From an uncultured Planctomycetota bacterium (GTDB lineage: Bacteria; Planctomycetota; Planctomycetia; Isosphaerales; Isosphaeraceae), in the NCBI GenBank assembly GCA_963823665.1, contig CAWGMQ010000004.1, positions 2,784,001 to 2,848,000 on the forward strand: DNA of 64,000 bases, written 5' to 3'. Both the position numbers and the translations under genes were made by a program. Below, in pieces: positions 55,054-64,000 of this stretch. Within the stretch, counting starts at the first letter, position 1, and each line of letters opens with the position of its first letter. The notes beneath the pieces were generated by a model. The model was not told the DNA's origin, did not search any database, and saw nothing but the letters and a program-made list of their open reading frames with translations.

Positions 55054-57513
55054 ATGTCGCAGAAGGTGTCTTGGAAGACGTCAGCTTCGGCCGTACCCTC
55101 AGGGACCGCGATGCGGCACGAGGTCGAGAAGCTGATCCGGAAAGAGCGGCTCAAGGATGCGGTGAAACAGGCGAAGCTTTTGTTCAAGGACGAAAGCACG
55201 CCGGAGAATCACCGGCTGCTCGAGAACGCCTATTTCTTGCGGGCACGCCAGCTTCTCGAGCTATCCATGCCGGATTCCGCGATCGAGGTGGCCCGGCATC
55301 TTCTGGAATTCGGATTGACCTCCGCCGAATGGACCGACGAATTTGTCCGGCTTTTGATCAAACTGGGGCTGGCTGACGAGGCGTTTGAGATTCAGGCGCG
55401 GTTGGGCAGTCCGGAGCTGAAAGACCAACTGGTCGAGCTCGCCGCCGATTCTGCGGTGATTCATCCCGAACGGATGCAGGATCTCTCGGCGGAGATGGCG
55501 CGAGAGGCGAGCTTGATTCGCGAGTCGCTCGAGAAGGTAACGGCCGGCGATGCGGAGAACGGGCTGGCATTGCTCCGCGACTTGCCCCGGAGCTCACCGC
55601 TATCGGATTGGAAGTTCTTTGTGCGGGGGCTGGCGGCTTACTATCAAGGGAAGTCTGAAGAGGCCCAGACGAACTGGAGCCGGCTGGACGCCAAGCGCAA
55701 GGCCTTTGCTATTGCGACGCGGCTGGAGCGGCTGGCGGGTGGCGGCGAGAAGAACGCTGGCGATGCCGATTTTGGCGTGCTCGAGAAGTTCGCGTTCGGT
55801 GAACCGGTCCTTGAGCGGCTCGCCAGCCTGCCGCGGTTGGTGGCCGAGCGCGACTGGGACAAGGTAAACCGCCTGATGGTCTCCTTGCGCTATCCCCTGC
55901 GCCGCTTTGATCCGAAGCTCGCTGAACGGCAGACGGTGGTACTCATTGGATCGGTCCTTCACGAGGCTTCCGAGCTCGATTTCGATGACGCTGAACGGCT
56001 GCTGAAATCGTTTTCGCGAGTCGCGGAGCCGATGGCGATCGACCCGAACTGGAATCGATACTGGGCTCTGGCAACCAATCTGGCAGAGGCCGATCGGGAA
56101 ACAGTTCGTGATTACTGGATGCAGTATATTCACGATCTCGAGACGATTCCGGCGTTTAGCCCCGCCGAACGTGGACTGGCCCAGGCGATGGTCTGGAACC
56201 GTGTGGCCATGCTGTACTGCGACGACGCGGTGGAGCTCGAGAGTCCGGATTCGGCGTTCGATGCGCTATCGCGAATGTTCGCCGGCCCGTGTGACCAGAC
56301 CGAGCTGAATGAGCTCAAGCAGAAAGCCGTGCAAGGCCTGGAGCGCAGCCTGGCACTGGCGCCGCTGCATCTTCCTACATACCGGTTGCTGATCGAAATT
56401 CAGAAATCCTGGAAGAACAAAGTGGGAGTGGAGGCGGCTGCGCAGCGGCTGCTGGAGAAATTCCCGGATGACGTGGAAACGCTCCAGCTCTTGCTGGATT
56501 CGGCGTTCGCGCAGGATCGGCTTCCGGAGGCAATGGCCTGCGCTGGGCGGATCCGTGCGCTGAAACCGCTCGACCCGGAAATCCGGGAGCAGGAAGCTGT
56601 GATTCGTATCGGGCTGGCGCGCCAAAGCGCTTTGGCCGGCCGTTGGGAAGAGGGGCGAGACCACTTCCGGGCTGCGGCGGAGCTGTCGCCGGAGCTCCGC
56701 GGGCACTATACATTCCTCGCCCGCAAGAGCCTGTTCGAGGCGAAAGCGGGCGGGCGTGACGAGAGCGACCGATTTTTGAAGGAGGCCCAAGCGTCGCTGC
56801 CGGAGCCAGCCTCGCTGTGGCTGGCCCTCGCCATCGAGTCCGGCCGCTATCAATTGAGTGATGCCACGACGAGAGGCTATGTCGCGCTCTGGACGTCCGA
56901 GCTCAATAAAAAGTGCCACAGCCAGGCGGCCGGCGAGATGGCGGCGCTGCTCAATGCGTATCTGGAGAGCGACGTCGACTATCCGGGCCGTAACTGCCAG
57001 ATCCAGCAGCTCGTGGCGTATTTGAAGCGCACGAGCCGGCTCAAATATGGGCAGACCGACATCGAGCGGGTTTGTGACTTTTTGGCGTGCTTGCGCGATC
57101 ATAGAGAGCTCCTCCGAAAGCTCGCGACAAAGGGGGCCAAGCTGTACCCCGGTTCGGCTCGGCTGAACTTTCTGGCTGGACTCGCCGAAGTCGGCAAAAG
57201 CCTGCCGAGTTGCATATCGCCGGTCGGGATGCGACACCTCGAAAAGGCACTGCGGATTGCGGAGACATCAAGCGTGCCGGGCGAAGTCCGGATCTTGCCG
57301 GCTATCCGGGAGATGCTCACGTCTTTCAAAGAGCTGCGCACCCGGATGGGCGGCTCTTCGTTTGGCGGCGGCCCGTTTTCGGACTGGGATCTTGACGATC
57401 CTGACGACGATGACTGGGACGATGACGATGTGTTCGACGACGAATTTGACGTCCCGCGGCAGAGTGTTCCCCAACGCGCAACAGCGAAGAAGAAAAAGTC
57501 CAAGACACGGTGA
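55054..57513 (+). CDS. Large TPR-like helical protein (alternative start 55111)
   Basis: 819-aa all-helical ORF; acidic D-rich segment and KKKKSK tail. Confidence 0.8.
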   Translation: MSQKVSWKTSASAVPSGTAMRHEVEKLIRKERLKDAVKQAKLLFKDESTPENHRLLENAYFLRARQLLELSMPDSAIEVARHLLEFGLTSAEWTDEFVRLLIKLGLADEAFEIQARLGSPELKDQLVELAADSAVIHPERMQDLSAEMAREASLIRESLEKVTAGDAENGLALLRDLPRSSPLSDWKFFVRGLAAYYQGKSEEAQTNWSRLDAKRKAFAIATRLERLAGGGEKNAGDADFGVLEKFAFGEPVLERLASLPRLVAERDWDKVNRLMVSLRYPLRRFDPKLAERQTVVLIGSVLHEASELDFDDAERLLKSFSRVAEPMAIDPNWNRYWALATNLAEADRETVRDYWMQYIHDLETIPAFSPAERGLAQAMVWNRVAMLYCDDAVELESPDSAFDALSRMFAGPCDQTELNELKQKAVQGLERSLALAPLHLPTYRLLIEIQKSWKNKVGVEAAAQRLLEKFPDDVETLQLLLDSAFAQDRLPEAMACAGRIRALKPLDPEIREQEAVIRIGLARQSALAGRWEEGRDHFRAAAELSPELRGHYTFLARKSLFEAKAGGRDESDRFLKEAQASLPEPASLWLALAIESGRYQLSDATTRGYVALWTSELNKKCHSQAAGEMAALLNAYLESDVDYPGRNCQIQQLVAYLKRTSRLKYGQTDIERVCDFLACLRDHRELLRKLATKGAKLYPGSARLNFLAGLAEVGKSLPSCISPVGMRHLEKALRIAETSSVPGEVRILPAIREMLTSFKELRTRMGGSSFGGGPFSDWDLDDPDDDDWDDDDVFDDEFDVPRQSVPQRATAKKKKSKTR

Positions 57514-57519
57514 GAGGCG

Positions 57520-57816
57520 ATGGCAGACCCCTTTGAAGTTCTGGACCTTCCGAGACACGCCGGCGAAGGAGAAATTCGCAAGCGTTATCTCGAGCTGGTG
57601 CGTGCCTTTCCTCCGGAGCAGGCGCCGGAGCGATTCGCAGAGGTGCATGCCGCGTATCAGGCACTGCGCGACCCGGCGGCGCGGCTCGATTCGCAGCTCT
57701 TCGGCTTCGGTTGCACAAGCGACTCGCTTGAATCGCTCGCCGCCGACCTTCGCGAGCGGCTGCGTCACGTGCGGCTACCGGTCGAAACTTTGTTGTCACT
57801 GGCGGAGTCTTCATGA
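57520..57816 (+). CDS. Small J-domain-like protein (PPE in place of HPD)
   Basis: DPFEVLDL...EIRKRYLELVRAFPPEQAPERFAEVHAAYQALRDP. Confidence 0.85.
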   Translation: MADPFEVLDLPRHAGEGEIRKRYLELVRAFPPEQAPERFAEVHAAYQALRDPAARLDSQLFGFGCTSDSLESLAADLRERLRHVRLPVETLLSLAESS

Positions 57817-58682
57817 ACGATCGAGTCGATGTCGACGATATCGTCGACCGCTTTCGCGAGTGGCTGGACGCGGCGCGCGCGGAGGGCGGCGACCTAGAGA
57901 ACTTCGAGGCGAGCGCGAGCGATGAGTCGGCCGTTGGCCGCGAATTCGGCATTATCGATCTGGTTGAAGAATTCACGGCATTGCGGCACGAGGTGAAACT
58001 TCAGACCAAGAGCGGCCGGGGGCTGTCGGAACAAACCGAAGCCACGCTCGAGGCGCTCAGGCAAGCCGTGGTCGAGATCCGGTCGGTTGTTCCCAAGGAC
58101 GCCGAGGCGGTGTGGACGGCGGGTAAGGCGCTCGCGGAGGGCCTGGCCGATCTGGATGGAGCTCTGCAACGGGGCGAGCGCGAAATCGAGCGGGCGCGCG
58201 AGCAAATCGCCGAGCGATCTCCAGCGGCGCTTGAGGCATCGCTGAACGGGCTGTATCGCAAACAGTCGTGGATTCGCCGGTGGCTGCTCCGCAGCTACCA
58301 CAGCGAGATCATCGCCATCATCGGGCGAGACAGTGTGAACCGGCACGAGCTGTTCGAATCGTTCCTGGAAGGATACGGCTTGATCCAGAAGCGCCTGCGC
58401 CGGGTGATGGCAGCCGAGCAAGTGCAGAGGATTTCGTGCGAAGGACTGCCGGTGAATCCCGAGCTCATGACCGTGCTCGAAGTGATCGACGTGCCGGAGA
58501 AGCCCGCGGGCACGGTCGTCAAGGAGCTCAGAAGCGGCTACACGTGGCGAGGCCGCGTGATTCGCTACGCCGAGGTACAGGCGGTGCGGTCCGGCTTGAC
58601 GCTGCCGGCGGCGCCTGATGGCCTGTCCCCCGGCGGGCAACCAGGGGCAGGAACGAACTCGACACCAAGTCCTTCGAACTGA
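57813..58682 (+). CDS. Divergent GrpE-like nucleotide exchange factor
   Basis: Coiled coil then GLPVNPELM...GTVVKELRSGYTWRGRVIRYAEVQAV. Confidence 0.85.
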   Translation: MNDRVDVDDIVDRFREWLDAARAEGGDLENFEASASDESAVGREFGIIDLVEEFTALRHEVKLQTKSGRGLSEQTEATLEALRQAVVEIRSVVPKDAEAVWTAGKALAEGLADLDGALQRGEREIERAREQIAERSPAALEASLNGLYRKQSWIRRWLLRSYHSEIIAIIGRDSVNRHELFESFLEGYGLIQKRLRRVMAAEQVQRISCEGLPVNPELMTVLEVIDVPEKPAGTVVKELRSGYTWRGRVIRYAEVQAVRSGLTLPAAPDGLSPGGQPGAGTNSTPSPSN

Positions 58683-58735
58683 CGACTTTGCTAGACAACG
58701 AGCGACCGGACGAACCAGGAACAGGAGTCAAGGAA

Positions 58736-60555
58736 ATGGATTCGCCGACGATCATTGGAATCGATCTGGGAACGACCAACAGCGAGGTGGCGGTCATCAA
58801 GGACGGCCGGCCGATCGTGCTGGAAGCGGATGGCGAGGCGATCCTGCCGTCGGTGGTGGGCCTTGACGGGCAGGGTCAACTGCTGGTCGGCAACGCGGCG
58901 CGCAACCAGTACGTGCTGGCCCCGGAACGGACCATCCGGTCGATCAAGCGGAAGATGGGACAGGAAGTCACGGTCGACCTGGGGGGCAAGGCCTATTCTC
59001 CGCAGGAGATCTCGGCGATCATCCTGAGGACGCTGAAGCAGCGTGCCGAGAAAGCGCTCGGGCACGCCGTGTCGAAGGCGGTGATCACGGTGCCGGCGTT
59101 CTTCAACGACGTCCAGCGCCAGGCCACGCGTCAGGCGGGTGAGCTTGCGGGCCTCGAGGTCGTGCGGATCATCAACGAGCCCACTGCCGCCGTTCTCACT
59201 TACGACCCGCACCCAACGGAGCTCGAGCGGCTGCTGGTCTACGACCTAGGCGGCGGCACGTTCGACGTGTCGGTGGCTCAGGTCGAGAACGGCGTTGTCG
59301 AGGTCATGGCCAGCCATGGCGACACGCAACTGGGCGGCGACGACTTCGATCAGTTGCTACTCGACCACATTTGCGAATCGTTCAAGAGCAAGCACGGCAT
59401 TGACCTGAGGGAAGCGGCAACTTCGAAGGCCCGCGTGCTGCGTGCCGCGGAAGAGGCCAAGAAGCGACTTTCGTTCGACCCGGTGACGACCGTCGAGGAA
59501 GAGTTCATCGTAATCAAGGGCGGAAAATCGCTGAACCTGGTCATGGAGATCACGCGGCTCGATTATGAAGAGCTGATCCGTCCGCTCTTGCTCAAGACCT
59601 TGACGTGCCTGGACGACGCTCTCTCCGACGCCATGCTGCAAGCGAGCCAGATCGACAAGGTTGTGCTGGTTGGCGGGGCCACTCGCACACCGCTGGTTCG
59701 TCGCCTGCTCGAAGAGCGGCTGGGGCGCCCTGTCCATTGCGAGATCGAGCCGGACCTGGCTGTCGCGATGGGTGCCGCCGTGCAGGGCGGGCTGATCTCC
59801 GGGATCGATGTTGGCCCGATCCTTGTTGACATCACACCCCACACTCTGGGCATCAGCGCACTCGGGGAACTACACGGTTTCAGCATCCCGGCATGCGTTC
59901 TCGCCTATCATCGAACGCAATACACCGTTGCCCGCCTTTCGGACCGAAATTTACTCGACGGTCTACGACGATCAGGATGCCGCGGAAATTCGCGTATTTC
60001 AGGGCGAGAACGACGACACCCGGTTACAACACCCTGGTCGGCGAGTTCCGGATTGAAGGGCTTGCGGAGGTGCCCGCCGGGAATGAAATCCTGGTTCGAC
60101 TCGATCTCGATTTGAACGGAATCCTCAAGGTAACCGCCACCGAGCGAGCGAACCGGGCTCGCGAAGCATGTCGTGATCGACAACGCCACGGAGCGATTTC
60201 GCAAGCAAGAGCGGAGCAACGCAATCGAACGCCTTGATGCCTTCACGGAAGTTGGGACGAAGGCGCTCGTCGGGCCGCCGGCGGGACTGGCCAGTCCGCT
60301 GCCGGAAAACGATGACGCAAGCGGAAGCGCGCGCCGACGCGCTGCCGGGCTCTCTGCGGGAAGCGATTGCGTCGGCAGATGCCCTGTCCAGTCAAGCGCA
60401 GCGCGTGCTGGCGATCGCCAACGCCCAGGACGCGGACGAGCTGCGCAGCGCTGCTTGGCGACCTCGACACCGCAATCGCTCGCCAGGACGAGGCGGAACT
60501 CCGGTCGATCCTCCAGAAGCTCGAAGACCTGGTTTTCTACCTGCAGGACGCCTGA
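58736..60555 (+). CDS. Hsp70-family chaperone, not the housekeeping DnaK (frameshifts after 59890)
   Basis: IGIDLGTTNS, TVPAFF, INEPTAA, YDLGGGTFDVS, LGGDDFD, VGGATR, ILVDITP linker; ends EDLVFYLQDA. Confidence 0.9.
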
Positions 60556-60631
60556 GCGATCGACACGGTCTTGTTCAGGAGACCTGCAAGCCATATTCAT
60601 ACTCGGAACCGTAAGCTGAGAACGGATTGAT

Positions 60632-60947
60632 ATGTCAACTATGCCGGAGGACCTCATGCGCTGCCCGACATGCGGCGCGACGCAGGAATGGGCGGATTGG
60701 TGCCGTCGCTGCCGCTGCGATTTACGCTTGATCCGCGCCGCTGTTCGAGCGCGGGACATTCACAGGCGGGAGTGCTTGAATGCGCTCGAGAACGGCTGGA
60801 CGCGGCGGGCGCACGCACCACGCGCGCCGGCGCGACGAACTGCTCCCGGACACCGGGTCGCACCGGCTCCTGGCGCTTTGCAACTTGATGAGCGAACGAT
60901 GGCTCGACGCACTCGAAGAGGCCCGATGCGCGGGAGAATCGACTTGA
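60632..60947 (+). CDS. Zinc-ribbon + short helical protein (frameshift near 60815)
   Basis: CPTC...CRRCRCDL; continues as HRLLALCNLMSERWLDALEEA to TGA 60945. Confidence 0.7.
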
Positions 60948-61152
60948 ACGCACCTGGATGGCGTGGCAGTCCGCACGCCGTTCGGCGAGAAGGAATTGTC
61001 GGTGCAAAGGAGGGATATGCACTGGGCTCGATTGGTTCGTCCGTTGCGCGAGTTTCTTGACGCTTCCTCGGGTGTGCGTTAGCCTAAGAGCGGCCAGCAG
61101 ACGCTAGGAGAACAGGCGACGTTGCGTCGTTAGCCGAGGAGAAAATGACCTC

Positions 61153-62858
61153 GTGGCCTCCTTGTTCGTGATCCAAGGGGCCGACCAGGGAAAGCGGTTC
61201 GAGTTCACATTCAGTCCCGTCGCCCTGGGCAGGGATGACTCGAACGCCATCCGGCTCCATGATACCGAGGTCTCCCGCCGCCACGCCGAGCTTCGGCTGG
61301 AGAAGGGGGCGTATTGCATCCTCGATTTGAGCTCGGCCAACGGCACTTTCGTCAACGACCAGCGCGTCGACCAGAGCATCTTGAACTCGGGTGACCGGAT
61401 GCAGCTCGGCCAGACCGTGCTGCTCTACAATGAGGGGACGAGCCCGCGGCGCGACCTGACGAACCGGGTTGACATGCTGACCAGGAGCAGCCCGGAGGAC
61501 CGTTCCGCGATCTTGAAGAGCATGCCGTCCGACGAGGGCTCGCGGGTCTTGAAGTCCCCCGATGCCGCCGGCGGGTGGCTGCGCGAGCGGCTGGTGAACC
61601 TGTCGGTGATGTACAGGGCGACCCAGGCCATCAGCAACGTCCTGGATATCGATGCGTTATCGGCCCAGATCCTCGAACTGGTGTTCGAGTCGATCGGGGC
61701 GGATCGTGGCGCGATCCTGCTCAAGGATCAAGCAGGCCCTCTGCTGCCCAAGGCGGTGCGGTGGCGCGCCGTGGCCGAGCCCGACGAACGGATGACGATC
61801 TCGCAGACGATCGTCGACTACGTGCTCCAGAAGGGGGAGGGGGTGATCACCACCGATGCGCCGACCGACAAACGGTTCAGCCCCGCACAGTCGATCGTCG
61901 ATTACCAGATTCGCCAGGCGATCTGCGTTCCGATTCAGGGAAGGCATACGACGCTGGGTGTCCTCTACGCCGATATCCAAGCCGACGTGGCCCGAGCGAT
62001 TGCGGCTGGCGATAAACCCAATGAGCGAGGCCGCTTCAGCGAACAGCAGCTTACGCTGATGGTTGCCATCGGGCACCAGGCCGGGCTGGCGATTGAAAAC
62101 ACAATATTTTACAACGACAAGATCCAGGCGGAGCGACTTGCGGCCGTGGGCCAGACCATTGCGACGCTCTCGCATCACATCAAGAACATATTGCAGGGCA
62201 TCCGCGGGCGGCAGCTCGCTGATCGATCTGGGTCTCAACGACAAAGACGAGATGATCGTCCGGCGCGGCTGGACGATCGTCGAGAAGAACCAGACGAAGA
62301 TCTACAACCTCGTGATGGACATGCTCTCGTTCTCGAAGGACCGCGAGCCGGACCTGGAGCTCGCGGACTTGAACGAGACGGTCGGCGACGTAGTCGAGCT
62401 GATGCAGTCGCGCGCAGAGGAGCTCGGAGTCGAGCTCGACTGGAAGCCGGGCCCTGCGCTTCCTCGAGTGATGATCGACACGGAGGGAATTCACCGGGCT
62501 GTCTTGAACATCGTGACGAATGCGATCGACGCCTGCGAGGGCTCTCATAACGCGCGGGTCTCGATCAAGACCGAGTGGGATGCCGAGACGCCGCTGGCTC
62601 GTATCAGCATCAGCGACAACGGGGTCGGGAATCGAGGAGGCCGACATCCCGTCGATCTTCCAGTTATTCGCCTCTACCAAGGGTTCTCGTGGCACCGGAC
62701 TGGGATTGCCCGTCACGCAGAAAATCATCCGCGAGCACGGAGGGAAGATCTCGGTCACGTCCCAGCCGGGGCAAGGCTCGACCTTCGTGATCGAGCTGCC
62801 CTCGACCAGGCGCGGCGAGGCGAAGGGGACGTCGGAAGGGCCTACGATGATCGAATGA
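61153..62858 (+). CDS. FHA-GAF-histidine kinase (frameshifts near 62210 and 62630)
   Basis: LGR...VSRRHA...SANGTFVN; GAF ICVPI; LSHHIKNIL, NAIDA, DNGVG, GTGLGL. Confidence 0.88.
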
Positions 62859-62879
62859 CTGGCACGGGAATGCGTGTGC

Positions 62880-64000
62880 GTTATTGCCTTCGCGGCATTT
62901 TCGGCCGATTCGTCTTCGATCTCCTTTGCGGTGTCCAGCTCCTGCTGCGCGGCTTTGAGCTCCTCGAAGACGCCGCGAGGCGAGCTGATGAAAAGCAGTC
63001 CGTCGTGCACGCAATAGGCGAGGTCCAGTTGTTTGAGCATCAGCCGTAGCGTGGTCTTGAGGGGGATGCCTTCGAGCTCCAGGCCCTTGATGGTGCCGGT
63101 CGCAAGATTTCCCTGGACGTCCTCGAGACCCTGGGGGTCGACGTAAATGGGAATGCCCCCGTACGTTTTGGACGTCGTGGCCTGCTTGATGTATTTGAGG
63201 ACATCCTCGAGCGGCGTTTCCGCGAGGAAGGACATCGAGATGGGCTCATCCAGCGCCTTGTGGATCATCTTGCTCTTGGGATTCTTGTCACGGATTGCAA
63301 ATTCGGTGGCGGCGCTGACGATGGCGAGCGATAGGGCGCTGCCGCGGGCTCCGCCGGGGCCGCCCTTGCCGTCCATCATCGCCGCCATACCGCCGGCCAT
63401 ACCGCTGCCCATCACGCCGGCTTGACCGGCAGCACCGGGCTGCGCGGCCATGCCGCCGGCAGCACCGCCTGCGCCGCCACTTTCTGAAGCCTGACCGCCT
63501 GCGGAGCCTCCGCCGCCCGCGCCCATGGCTGGTGCCTTTACGTCGACACCGCGCCGGCCGCCGGGAGGCATGCCCATCATTCCGCCGCCCATCATACCGC
63601 CGCCCATCATTCCGCCGCGATTCGGGCGGCGTTGCATGGACCGCATCTGCTGCTGCATCATTTGCTGCATCATTCCCATTCCAGCAGCGGGCCTTGATGG
63701 TTCGGTCGCGAGCAGGCCCTCGGCCTCATCGAGTTTTTCGCGGGCGGCTTCTGCACTCACCGTCTGGTTCTGAGCGGTCGGCGGGAGCGCCTTGATCTTG
63801 TCGTGGAGCTTTTTCATCCGGTCGCGGTGGGCAGTTCGCACGGCGTGTTCTTCGCCCTCATTGGCGGCGACGACCAGCTCGGCCGAGAGCATCAGGCTCG
63901 ACCAGCGGCTCAATCGCTCGACGGTATCAGCAGAATCGTCGATCGGCTCCGAAAGCATACGATCAAACAATTGATTGATGGCGGCGGATTGGGATTTGCC
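62880..64000 (-). CDS. 3' part of a protein with Gly/Met-rich linker and C-terminal STN/secretin-N-like domain; ends approximate
   Basis: ETPLEDVLKYIK...IPIYVDP...LEGIPLKTTLRLMLKQLDLAY; runs off the window. Confidence 0.7.

Noticed and set aside
62180..62879. 3' extension of the last minus-strand ORF across the histidine kinase
   Set aside because: Antisense shadow of the kinase, probably caused by a missed stop near 62881.

Overview
High-GC chromosomal window whose gene content and repeats point to a planctomycete, most like the Isosphaeraceae (inference from ECF/Ser-Thr kinase pairs, CRTAC1 and squalene-cyclase-repeat proteins, and REP-like palindromes). Most of it is housekeeping or accessory genes: rpsR, DAHP synthase, xerD, pyrE, pyrD, GH2, GH88, M61 peptidase, rhomboid, MlaE/MlaD and a VapBC pair. 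Many genes carry single-base frameshifts that look like long-read errors, so several ends are approximate. Highlights not evident from the ORF track: (1) a Tyr/Phe/Trp-rich leader peptide and terminator upstream of DAHP synthase; (2) a metal/redox cluster at 34.2-40.0 kb with a Fur-box-preceded cupredoxin-FTR1 fusion plus p19, an exported 13-Cys metallothionein-like peptide behind a Cys/Pro-rich leader gene, and a membrane-anchored UxxC selenoprotein with a SECIS-like hairpin; (3) a family 2A encapsulin/cysteine desulfurase pair with a duplicated cargo module and a terminator in its 5' leader; (4) a five-gene dedicated Hsp70 operon whose J protein has PPE in place of HPD. No rRNA, tRNA, CRISPR array or intact transposase was seen.
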